A DNA stretch of 54,771 nt from Parcubacteria group bacterium (GTDB taxonomy: Bacteria; Patescibacteriota; Minisyncoccia; Phycocordibacterales; CSBR16-119): NCBI GenBank assembly GCA_943356745.1, contig CALRFT010000005.1:1-54771 (forward strand). Direction: 5' to 3'. The position numbers and the translations under genes are program-made. Shown here one piece after another: positions 43,189-51,327 of this stretch. Numbering within the stretch: position 1 is the stretch's first letter; every line of letters starts with the position of its first letter. Under the pieces are notes generated by a model. It had not been told where the DNA came from. It did not search any database and saw only the letters and a program-made list of their open reading frames with translations.

Positions 43189-44214
43189 TTAAGCTGCCAA
43201 AATTTCTTGGCATTTTTCGTTGAGAACAGACTGAATTGAAGAAGGTTGACTTTTAAGAGTTTGTGTCTTTACAAAAACAGAAAACCAGTCCGGTATATGT
43301 TCTTTTGAAACAAGAGAAATCAACTCCATCATCCGAATTTCGATTTGTTTTTCAAGATAAGATCCATCCGTTGAATCTTCAAATCGTTTTTGTAAGATTT
43401 GATAGTTGGTCTCATCTTCATTCAACTTCATCATTCGAATTTCGATTTGTTTTGAAATGTCGGAATCAGAATGTGTGTTGTCTAGTCGTTCTTGTAAGAT
43501 TTGATAGTTGGTCTCATCTTCATTCAACTCCATCATTCGAATTTCGATTTGTTTTGAAATGTCGGAATCAGAAGATGTCTTATATAGTCGTTTTTGTAAG
43601 ATTTGATAGTTGGTCTCTGTCTTATTCAACTCGATCATTCGAATTTCGATTTTTTTTGCAAGATAAGATCCATCCGTTGAATCTACCCACCGTTCTTGTA
43701 AGATTTGATAGTTGGTCTCTGTCTTATTCAACTCGATCATTCGAATTTCGATTTGTTCTCTAAGGTCTGAACCCAAAGCTGTGTTGTCTAGTCGTTCTTG
43801 TAAGATTTGATAGTCAACAATCTTCGGGAGTTGTTCCTTATTCAACTCCATCATTCGAATTTCGATTTGTTTTTCAAGGTCGGAATCAGAAGATATGTTG
43901 TCTAGTCGTTCTTGTAAGATTTGGTAGTTAGCAATCTTCGGAAGTTCTTCCTTATTCAACTCGATCATTCGAATTTCGATTTGTTTTTCAAGGTCTGAAC
44001 CAGAAGGTGCGTCGCATAGTCGCTCTTGTAAGATTTGATAGTTAATCTCTGTCTTATTCAACTCGATCATTCGAATTTCGATTTGTTCTCTAAGGCCTGA
44101 ACCCAAAGGTGCCTTGTCTAATCGTTCTTGTAAGATTTGATAGTTAATCTCTTCTGAAATAGGTAAATTTTTGATACCTAAAAAAGATTTAATCTGTTTT
44201 TCTAAAGTGCTCAT
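43189..44214 (-). CDS. tandem-repeat protein: 8 x 34/38-aa helical repeats with a hypervariable loop
   Basis: Repeats have the form NYQILQ(E/K)R(L/W/F)-xxxxxx-S(D/G/Y)(L/I)xxQIEIRM(I/M)ELN-linker. No family recognised. Own TTGACA-16-TAATGT promoter at 44242..44269. Confidence 0.75.
   Translation of the reverse strand: MSTLEKQIKSFLGIKNLPISEEINYQILQERLDKAPLGSGLREQIEIRMIELNKTEINYQILQERLCDAPSGSDLEKQIEIRMIELNKEELPKIANYQILQERLDNISSDSDLEKQIEIRMMELNKEQLPKIVDYQILQERLDNTALGSDLREQIEIRMIELNKTETNYQILQERWVDSTDGSYLAKKIEIRMIELNKTETNYQILQKRLYKTSSDSDISKQIEIRMMELNEDETNYQILQERLDNTHSDSDISKQIEIRMMKLNEDETNYQILQKRFEDSTDGSYLEKQIEIRMMELISLVSKEHIPDWFSVFVKTQTLKSQPSSIQSVLNEKCQEILAA
43318..44145 (-). repeat. in-frame 102/114-bp tandem DNA repeats (8 units)
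   Basis: Repeated strings such as TCGAATTTCGATTTGTTT... / CGTTCTTGTAAGATTTGATAGTT are visible every 102-114 nt. Confidence 0.85.
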
Positions 44215-44280
44215 TTTATTGTATTATTTATGTTTTGTTTTACATTACACTAATTATCAAACATGTCAATGTTATAAGAG

Positions 44281-44319
44281 TCACAAAAAATCCCCTTGTG
44301 AGGGGATTTTTTGTGGCTC
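44281..44319 (-). terminator. intrinsic terminator after the SET-fusion gene (third copy of the hairpin)
   Basis: CACAAAAAATCCCCT-TGTG-AGGGGATTTTTTGTG. Confidence 0.8.
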
Positions 44320-44329
44320 TTTTTTGTTT

Positions 44330-45223
44330 TTATATATCTTCAGTTAATTTTTTTATATATCCATTTTTCTTCATTTCATCAAATAAAATCCAATCCGCCG
44401 TATAGTCAATATATTTTTTCTTAAATTCTGAAGGAAGATCCCTCCAGGGTAAAATCTTACCTAAACATTGTTGAGACCCACATAAACAAACACCTTCAGG
44501 ATTTTTCCAATCTGAATTACAAAACAAACTATAACAATATGTTAACTCTTCACCTGGGTGTATGTCTCTTAAGGTTGTGACAAAAAATAAATCTTTAACA
44601 TAACAATTGGGTTCACAAGAATGATTGAGTTTAACTGCATTTGTATTAAATCCATTTCTATAGAAATATTTATGAAAAGGAACGGCATGATCAGCTGCGT
44701 AAATGAATACCTGAGATTCTTTTTCTGCGAAATGAATTTGTCCATCAACATAAGAAATCTGGGTTTCTGCAGGAATAAAATCTTTTGCAAAAACACCAGA
44801 ACCTTTTTCGTCTGTTGTTAATATTTCAACTCTATTATCTTCTTGATATGTTAAAGGATCCGGTATTTCATGATATGAGAAATTTTTCATATCAAATTCT
44901 TTTATTACAAAATCTATAGCTTGCTTTGTGTCAAATTGTTTGCATGAGTAAATATCTACTGTTGCAAAATTTGAATTAGTCCAAACATAAGTACTCACAC
45001 CTGACTCTGCCCACACTAAAGTACCTTCAAATCCATCATGCAATGGGACGCTTTTTCCAGTGGCACTTGATATAAAAGGTCCCGCAATAATCGTCATTTC
45101 CAATTCTTGAGATAGTCTTCTCAAAAAAGAATCAACAAAATCTTCTGATTTTATTTCCTTTTGAAATAAACCTTCGATAATTAAACGTTTTCTGAAAATA
45201 TTTTTTGCTAAATTCGAATTCAT
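44330..45223 (-). CDS. fusion protein: AdoMetDC (SpeH/SpeD)-like N-terminal domain + SET + post-SET lysine methyltransferase domain
   Basis: N-terminus ...GFEGTLVWAESGVSTYVWTNSNFATVDIYSCKQ... follows the pyruvoyl AdoMetDC core pattern. C-terminus has GSGVFA, NHSCEPNC, ELTYCY and CLCGSQQC. ATG at 45223 (MNSNL) has TATGAT 7 nt upstream. Alternative ATG at 45235. Confidence 0.78.
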   Translation of the reverse strand: MNSNLAKNIFRKRLIIEGLFQKEIKSEDFVDSFLRRLSQELEMTIIAGPFISSATGKSVPLHDGFEGTLVWAESGVSTYVWTNSNFATVDIYSCKQFDTKQAIDFVIKEFDMKNFSYHEIPDPLTYQEDNRVEILTTDEKGSGVFAKDFIPAETQISYVDGQIHFAEKESQVFIYAADHAVPFHKYFYRNGFNTNAVKLNHSCEPNCYVKDLFFVTTLRDIHPGEELTYCYSLFCNSDWKNPEGVCLCGSQQCLGKILPWRDLPSEFKKKYIDYTADWILFDEMKKNGYIKKLTEDI

Positions 45224-45233
45224 GTAGTTAATC

Positions 45234-45292
45234 ATACAAAATTTCCCTCTTTCCGACCAGAGCCACAAAAAATCCCCTCACGAGGGGATTTT
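45234..45292 (-). repeat. 59-nt direct repeat, right copy
   Basis: Same sequence as 43127..43185 except the loop is CACG rather than TGTG. Confidence 0.9.
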
Positions 45293-45300
45293 TTGTGGCT
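45263..45300 (-). terminator. intrinsic terminator of gdhA
   Basis: GCCACAAAAAATCCCCT-CACG-AGGGGATTTTTTGTGGC. Confidence 0.8.
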
Positions 45301-45316
45301 TTTTTACCTGTTCTTT

Positions 45317-46555
45317 TTATTTCCTTCCTCGAAGTCTCATTGCTTCATAGAGTCTGTGTACCGCCAGAAGATATGCCGCGCCTCGAAGTGACGACATGTA
45401 CTTCTTTTGATAGTTCATTACCTCATGAAGTGAATCAACCATGATTACTTTGAGTTTTTCCTGAACCTCAGTAAGTGACCAATAGTATTGCTGTCTATTT
45501 TGTACCCATTCAAAATAAGAAACTGTCACCCCACCTGCATTTGCGAGAACATCTGGAATTACAACAATACCCTTTGATTCAAAAATCTTATCTGCTTCTG
45601 GAGTTGTTGGTCCGTTTGCAAGCTCGAGTACAATTTTTGCTTTCACTTGACCTGCGTTATCTTCTCGAAGTTGGTTATCGAGCGCTGCTACCACAAGCAC
45701 ATCACATGGGAGTAAAAGAAGTTCTTCATTTGTGACTGAGTTGAGTTTGAGTCCTTCTCCGAGTTTTTTTCCTTCTTCTTTGTTTTTCATCACAAGAGCA
45801 GGATCAAATCCAGCGTCACTCCACACACCGCCTGTTGAGTCGGAAACTCCGATGATTGAATGTCCTGCTTTATGAAGAATTTCCGCCGCAACTCCCCCAG
45901 CGTTTCCAAGTCCTTGAATAACAATCTTTTTTGGCTTTACACCTCCCTCTACTTTTTCAAGATATGTGTGAAGTACATAGACACCACCTTGTGCTGTTGC
46001 TGTATCGCGCCCGAGTGAACCACCAAGCACAATCGGTTTTCCAGTAATCATTCCTGGCTCATTTTTTCCAATCACCTTTTCATACTCATCAAGCATCCAC
46101 GCCATTGTTTGTCCATTTGTGTACACATCTGGCGCTGGAATATCTTTATCCACCCCAAGATACGGAGCCATCTCTCGTGCAAATGCTCGAGATACTTGCT
46201 CCAAATCTGCCTCAGTATATTCTTTTGGATTGATAGTCACACCACCTTTTGCTCCACCAAGAGGAATTCCAACAACCGAACATTTGATCGCCATTCCTGC
46301 AGCAAGAGCACTGACTTCGTCCAAATCTGCTTCATGATGAAAACGAATTCCACCCTTGTATGGACCACGTGCGTTGTTGAATTGAACACGATAGGCTGGA
46401 AAAGATTTTTTTCCTTTTGATGTTTCAACTTCCAAAGTTTTCTCCACAATATTTTCTGGAGTGAGAAGAAGCTTTGTAATGTGAGAATCAAGTTTCAAAA
46501 TCTGTGCCGCACTATCTATTCTTTTTTGTATATTTTCAAATGGTGTGTTTTTCAT
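45317..46555 (-). CDS. gdhA: Glu/Leu/Phe/Val-family glutamate dehydrogenase
   Basis: KGGIRFH and PLGGAKGG motifs plus a Rossmann GLGNAGG. Confidence 0.93.
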   Translation of the reverse strand: MKNTPFENIQKRIDSAAQILKLDSHITKLLLTPENIVEKTLEVETSKGKKSFPAYRVQFNNARGPYKGGIRFHHEADLDEVSALAAGMAIKCSVVGIPLGGAKGGVTINPKEYTEADLEQVSRAFAREMAPYLGVDKDIPAPDVYTNGQTMAWMLDEYEKVIGKNEPGMITGKPIVLGGSLGRDTATAQGGVYVLHTYLEKVEGGVKPKKIVIQGLGNAGGVAAEILHKAGHSIIGVSDSTGGVWSDAGFDPALVMKNKEEGKKLGEGLKLNSVTNEELLLLPCDVLVVAALDNQLREDNAGQVKAKIVLELANGPTTPEADKIFESKGIVVIPDVLANAGGVTVSYFEWVQNRQQYYWSLTEVQEKLKVIMVDSLHEVMNYQKKYMSSLRGAAYLLAVHRLYEAMRLRGRK

Positions 46556-46636
46556 AACTTTTCAATTATACCACCCAGGGCAAACAAGGGCTTTTGAAAA
46601 ACCAAAATAAAACTTTATTAATGATTTGTAAATAAA

Positions 46637-46668
46637 AAAAACCATTTCGCTTAAGCGAAACGGTTTTT
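46637..46668 (-). terminator. intrinsic terminator
   Basis: AAAACCATTTCGC-TTAA-GCGAAACGGTTTT. Confidence 0.75.
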
Positions 46669-46673
46669 AATAA

Positions 46674-47243
46674 TTATTTAGGAACACACGCAAAGTACCA
46701 CTTAGTACTCCAATTTTTCTCACGGTAAGCCACTCCCTTACAAGGTTTTTTACGATCAAAATATGCAAAAGCAGCATAACATGTATTACCATTTTCATCT
46801 CGCCACTGAGTGGCATTTGGATAATCCATAGCTAGTAACATCTCTTGCTCATTTAAATCACACAGAGTTACAAAGTCAACAAGCTTAAAACCAATATCAT
46901 CTATTCGCTCCTCAAGTTCGATAGGTGAAAGCTCTTCCCTGAAAGGAATAAGGTACACCTTCACCTTTTTGGCTTTTGCTTTTGGTGCAGCAAGTAAGAC
47001 ATCGTGATTGTAACCCTCTGAAACTGTTATAGAATTAATTGAATACCAAGCATCTTGAGGACTCAGAGTGGTGTCAACTTTAATTATTCGAGTTAGCTGA
47101 TTATCAACAAACACTTTCAAAGTGTCCACCGAAGGTGTTTGCCCCAACTGTTCTTCAGCAATTGTAGCCACGGTTTGTTTTTCTGTAGATTCTGCATTAC
47201 AACTTACAATACAGAGTGAGATAAAAATAATTAAGTATTTCAT
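46674..47243 (-). CDS. putative lipoprotein, hypothetical
   Basis: Signal peptide with a lipobox-like LCIVSC. Cys-containing C-terminal domain. Confidence 0.62.
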   Translation of the reverse strand: MKYLIIFISLCIVSCNAESTEKQTVATIAEEQLGQTPSVDTLKVFVDNQLTRIIKVDTTLSPQDAWYSINSITVSEGYNHDVLLAAPKAKAKKVKVYLIPFREELSPIELEERIDDIGFKLVDFVTLCDLNEQEMLLAMDYPNATQWRDENGNTCYAAFAYFDRKKPCKGVAYREKNWSTKWYFACVPK

Positions 47244-47332
47244 AGGACTGGATTTAAATTTACACGAAAGATATCATATAATATAATATATGTCAAGTAC
47301 TTTATTTAAAATATATTCCTTAATGTGAACAG

Positions 47333-47362
47333 AAAAAGCCGCGACAAATGTCGCGGCTTTTT
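47333..47362 (-). terminator. intrinsic terminator
   Basis: AAAAAGCCGCGAC-AAAT-GTCGCGGCTTTTT. Confidence 0.8.
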
Positions 47363-47376
47363 CTGTTCCTTTTTCA

Positions 47377-48459
47377 CTAAACTATTATCCCTCCTCCCAC
47401 ACACTGCTCTCCATCGTAAACCACAATAGACTGCCCTGGTGAAAAGGTATCTTGTTCTTGTTCAAACAGTACCATTGCTTGATTCTCCTTTCCTCGAACA
47501 ATAGTACAGTGTATTGGAATTTGATTGTAACGAATTGAGGCAGAGTATTTTTTACCAAACTCAATTGGGTGATTCCACACTGTATGTGCAATTCTAATTT
47601 CTTTTGGATTTGTGAATTTTTTTCTATCTGAAACCTCTGGCGAAACCGTAATGGTGTTTGATTCGAGATTTTTATCCACCACATACAAAGCTTTGTCACT
47701 TGTTCCCTTTTTTGTAATAGTGAATCCATGTCGTTCCCCAAAGGTAAAGAAAAGTGCTCCATCATGAACTCCGATTTCATTATTGTTTGTATCCAAAACC
47801 TTTCCTTCTTGCTTTGGAATATAATGCTGAAGAAAATCTTTCATATCAATCTCACCAAGAAAACAAACTCCTTGTGAGTCTTTTTTTGTTGCAGTAAACA
47901 AACCATTCTTCTCTGCAATTTTTCGCACCTCGTCTTTTGGAAGATGTCCTATTGGAAACAAAATGTGTTTAAGCTGTTCTTGCGAAAGAGTCCACAAGAA
48001 ATAACTTTGATCTTTTTTCTGATCGAGACCTTGAAGAAGTTTAACCTTTCCGTTTGCCTCCACGCGACGCGCATAGTGACCAGTTGCAACAAAATCCGCA
48101 CCAAGCTCTTTTGCCTTTTTGAGAAAGATTCCAAACTTCACTTCTTTGTTGCACATGACATCCGGGTTTGGAGTTCTTCCTTTTCGATATTCCTCAATCA
48201 TATACTCACCAACTTTTTCTTTATATTCTTTCTCGGCGTCGATGGTAATAAACGGAATTCCAAGATGAGCACAGACACGCATAGCATCGCGTCTTTCTTC
48301 GCGCCAAGTACATTGGATAAAATCTGGCTGCCAAGTTTTGATAAAAGCACCAACAACATTGTAACCTTCACGTTGCAAGAGAAAAGCCGCAACCGATGAG
48401 TCAACACCGCCTGACACCCCGACAAATACTGTTGGTTTTTTGTTCATGTCTTTAATCAT
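47377..48459 (-). CDS. mnmA: tRNA 2-thiouridine(34) synthase
   Basis: VFVGVSGGVDSSVAAFLL PP-loop and the overall MnmA pattern. Confidence 0.93.
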   Translation of the reverse strand: MIKDMNKKPTVFVGVSGGVDSSVAAFLLQREGYNVVGAFIKTWQPDFIQCTWREERRDAMRVCAHLGIPFITIDAEKEYKEKVGEYMIEEYRKGRTPNPDVMCNKEVKFGIFLKKAKELGADFVATGHYARRVEANGKVKLLQGLDQKKDQSYFLWTLSQEQLKHILFPIGHLPKDEVRKIAEKNGLFTATKKDSQGVCFLGEIDMKDFLQHYIPKQEGKVLDTNNNEIGVHDGALFFTFGERHGFTITKKGTSDKALYVVDKNLESNTITVSPEVSDRKKFTNPKEIRIAHTVWNHPIEFGKKYSASIRYNQIPIHCTIVRGKENQAMVLFEQEQDTFSPGQSIVVYDGEQCVGGGIIV

Positions 48460-48473
48460 ACTGATTATTGAAA

Positions 48474-48516
48474 AATAAAAAAGAGGGCGAAGCCTTCGGC
48501 TTCGCCCTCTTTTTTA
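48474..48516 (-). terminator. intrinsic terminator
   Basis: AGAGGGCGAAGCC-TTC-GGCTTCGCCCTCT with flanking A and T runs. Confidence 0.8.
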
Positions 48517-49062
48517 TTACATCTTCATCATTTTTTCATACACCTCAAAGGTTGCTCTCGCATCCGCAAGCGCTGTGTGTGCTCGTTGGTTAACAATCCC
48601 AAAATACTCTGTCAGTTTTTGAAGTGAAAATCTTTCCACTGTTGGGTCCTTGTGTAGTTTTGCAAATGCAATAGAAATGGTGTCCATTTTTTGGAAAAAC
48701 ATTTTATTTTCAACTCCAGTCTTTTTAAATGCTTCTTGAATAAATGAATAGTCAAAAGCTAGATTGTGAGCGACAAAGACAGCGTCTTTCGTTGCTTCTG
48801 CAAAGACCGTCATCGCCTCTTGAAGTGTGTGAGCAAACAACCAATCTGCATCATTATATCCATTTACTCGAAGAGCGCCTGGATCTGCATCCTCAAGTCG
48901 CTCTGGCTTAATTTTTAATTCTAATTCTTTTACTACCTGAAACTGTGTTCCGATATCATCGAGTTGTTTCACAACAACACAACCAATTTCAATCACTTCA
49001 TGTTTTTGTGGATCAAATCCAGTTGTTTCAACATCGATAAAGGCTAGGTTATTTTTTCGCAT
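48517..49062 (-). CDS. DEDDh 3'-5' exonuclease (DnaQ/epsilon-like)
   Basis: AFIDVETTG (ExoI), AHNLAFDYSFI (ExoII) and HTALADARAT (ExoIII). Confidence 0.85.
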   Translation of the reverse strand: MRKNNLAFIDVETTGFDPQKHEVIEIGCVVVKQLDDIGTQFQVVKELELKIKPERLEDADPGALRVNGYNDADWLFAHTLQEAMTVFAEATKDAVFVAHNLAFDYSFIQEAFKKTGVENKMFFQKMDTISIAFAKLHKDPTVERFSLQKLTEYFGIVNQRAHTALADARATFEVYEKMMKM

Positions 49063-49098
49063 ATCTATTTCTTTCGTTCTTTCGTTATATTAGTAAGT

Positions 49099-50097
49099 TT
49101 ATCTTAAATATTGATTTTTGTTTGCGACGTGACCGTCATGAGTAACAGCGTATCTCACAACCCCATCTCTTCCATGAAGATAGAAGAAATATTCTGATTT
49201 GATTGGATTCGCTGCAGCAGTCAGAGTTGCGATTCCAGGGTTACCAATCGGAGTTGGGGTCAAACCTTTTCGAGTATAAGTATTATATTCGTGATCTGTT
49301 CGAAGGTCGGCAATAGTTAAATCAAACGAACCCTTATCGAGATAATACTTAAATGGAGCATCAACCTGAAGATGCATTCCCTTGTCAATTCTCTTCCAAA
49401 GAATTCCCGAAATCATTTGTTGCTCTTGTTTGTTTCGATTTGCTTCTTTTTCAATAATTGAAGCCATAATAACAATTTCTTCCCAAGTTCTATTTGATTT
49501 TGCAACCTGCTCTTGAAGTTTTGCAGTTTTTTTCTGGAAATTTTCTTCAATTGCAAGAAGAACATCTTGCTCGTCAGCTGTTTCAAAAAAGATATATGTA
49601 TCAGGATATATGTATCCTTCCTTTGGACCAGCAACTCGCAAGAACTGTGTCTTATCAAACTTTGGTAATTTCTCATCCAGAATTTCTGCGTATTCATACA
49701 CTGACTCACCTTCTTCGAGACGAACCCTCACTCGTTCAAGATCATAAATTCCTTTCACGAAACGCCTTGCAAGTTGAAAAGTACTCTCTGCTGCATCCAT
49801 GGAATAATCTCCTGCAACAAGACCAGTTTCACCACCAATTGCGATTGCGATTGTTTGAAACAAAAAGACTGATTTAATATAACCCTCCTCTTTGAGTTTT
49901 TCAGCAAAAGAAGACATTGTCATTCCTTTTTCAACTTCAATAAAAGTATCCACTCTGAAATCTTTTGGTGGGAGTAGAAATGCAAACATGAAAGCAAGAA
50001 CAAGAGAAAGTAAGACACCCCAAATAACAACATGTTCTTTTTTAAGAAAATGAAAAAAAGACTGTTTAGATTGTTTTAATTTGTGAAATGTATACAT
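49099..50097 (-). CDS. mltG: endolytic murein transglycosylase MltG (YceG-like)
   Basis: N-terminal TM helix and EYNTYTRKGLTPTPIGNPG motif. Confidence 0.88.
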   Translation of the reverse strand: MYTFHKLKQSKQSFFHFLKKEHVVIWGVLLSLVLAFMFAFLLPPKDFRVDTFIEVEKGMTMSSFAEKLKEEGYIKSVFLFQTIAIAIGGETGLVAGDYSMDAAESTFQLARRFVKGIYDLERVRVRLEEGESVYEYAEILDEKLPKFDKTQFLRVAGPKEGYIYPDTYIFFETADEQDVLLAIEENFQKKTAKLQEQVAKSNRTWEEIVIMASIIEKEANRNKQEQQMISGILWKRIDKGMHLQVDAPFKYYLDKGSFDLTIADLRTDHEYNTYTRKGLTPTPIGNPGIATLTAAANPIKSEYFFYLHGRDGVVRYAVTHDGHVANKNQYLR

Positions 50098-50099
50098 AA

Positions 50100-51317
50100 C
50101 TATAGTGGAAGATTAGTTGGTGGCTCAGATTTGGTAGACTCAATTCGTTTCAATTGAGGAGTTTCAGATACAGCACCAGGAAGATGGAATATCGTAGCGA
50201 GTTCTTCTGAGTTTAATACAAATGGATCCATTTTGTAAGGTTCATAAAAATATGAACGTCGGATATACGCATCAAACATTTCTTGTTTCAAAGCTCTTGC
50301 GCGCCGCCCTGTAGGATCTTGCCATGGATAATCAAAACCAGTTGTATTGGTAGGTTTGAATCCGTTCAAAAAACCAGAGTTGTATTGTTTAAAAGCACCA
50401 AGCATTGCCCCTATTCTAAAAGCATCGAAAGATTCTTTTTTTGCAAGATACATCGTACGAATACCTGTGTCGAAACCAGGCTTTAACATACTCTTTTCAA
50501 GAGCTGAAAGAGTTTGTCTTTGGATTTCTGTCATTTGTTTTGGTTTTTCTTCTGTTCCTCCGTATTCCTCTTTGAGTTTTTTGATAACATCTTTTCCTTC
50601 ATCCTTCCAGTCACCTTTTTTAAACCAATTCCCCGGCTTGAGATATCGCTTCGTCGCCACCCGAACCATAATTTGAATCCAAAGATGTTCACCAGGACGC
50701 ATTGAACCGAGAAATTCAATCACAGGAGTAATTGGGTCAATTATCTGTTCTTGATCTAGCTTTTCAGGTGCTTGGTCAAGGTTGTAATCTACGTATGTCT
50801 TGATTGGAAAAACATCCTCTTTCGACAAAATAAAATTTGCACCGAACAAAGACCATGGCTCTTTATTCATGGAAGCCATAACAGGAATAACATAATCATC
50901 AACTTCTGTGATTTCTGCCTGAGGATATTGAGCATACAACTGGTTTTCAATAATCATCTTGAAGTTTTTGCTTGTTCGAATAAAAAATCGAACATTTCCT
51001 TCTGTGGAAACTATTTCAAGAGAGAACCAGTTAAGTACGTTTCCGAGCCAATATCTTTGAACCCAGGTTCCAACTCCCCCAGATTGAGTGAGTGCATTTG
51101 CAATTACCATCTCCATAGCAAAAGGAGATTTAAAAACTTCTTTTGGAATACGAACTTCAAGCAGTACCCATTTAATATTTTCGATAAATTTTCGATTGAG
51201 GTATCTCATCCAAAAACTCCATGCTAAAGAAACACAGATTATCAAAGTCCAAATTGGCCATGTATCCATGAAGAAAAAAAGTATTCCAAAAAGTATATCT
51301 TCCATATGTCTTTTCAT
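50100..51317 (-). CDS. membrane-anchored hypothetical protein
   Basis: 405-aa ORF with an N-terminal TM helix, then ...LLEVRIPKEVFKSPFAMEMV.... 2-nt gap to mltG. Confidence 0.62.
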   Translation of the reverse strand: MKRHMEDILFGILFFFMDTWPIWTLIICVSLAWSFWMRYLNRKFIENIKWVLLEVRIPKEVFKSPFAMEMVIANALTQSGGVGTWVQRYWLGNVLNWFSLEIVSTEGNVRFFIRTSKNFKMIIENQLYAQYPQAEITEVDDYVIPVMASMNKEPWSLFGANFILSKEDVFPIKTYVDYNLDQAPEKLDQEQIIDPITPVIEFLGSMRPGEHLWIQIMVRVATKRYLKPGNWFKKGDWKDEGKDVIKKLKEEYGGTEEKPKQMTEIQRQTLSALEKSMLKPGFDTGIRTMYLAKKESFDAFRIGAMLGAFKQYNSGFLNGFKPTNTTGFDYPWQDPTGRRARALKQEMFDAYIRRSYFYEPYKMDPFVLNSEELATIFHLPGAVSETPQLKRIESTKSEPPTNLPL

Positions 51318-51327
51318 TATACCAAAA

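Noticed and set aside
43263-43763. 166-aa plus-strand ORF with its own striking internal periodicity.
   Set aside because: It is the antisense shadow of the tandem-repeat gene 43189..44214. Its periodicity simply mirrors the 102/114-bp DNA repeats. The minus-strand frame has a promoter, a terminator and a coherent helical repeat.
43318-44145. Regularly spaced repeats that could be mistaken for a CRISPR array.
   Set aside because: The units are contiguous with no unique spacers. They are 102-114 bp long and in-frame within one ORF, and variation is confined to a few codons. There are no cas genes in the window.
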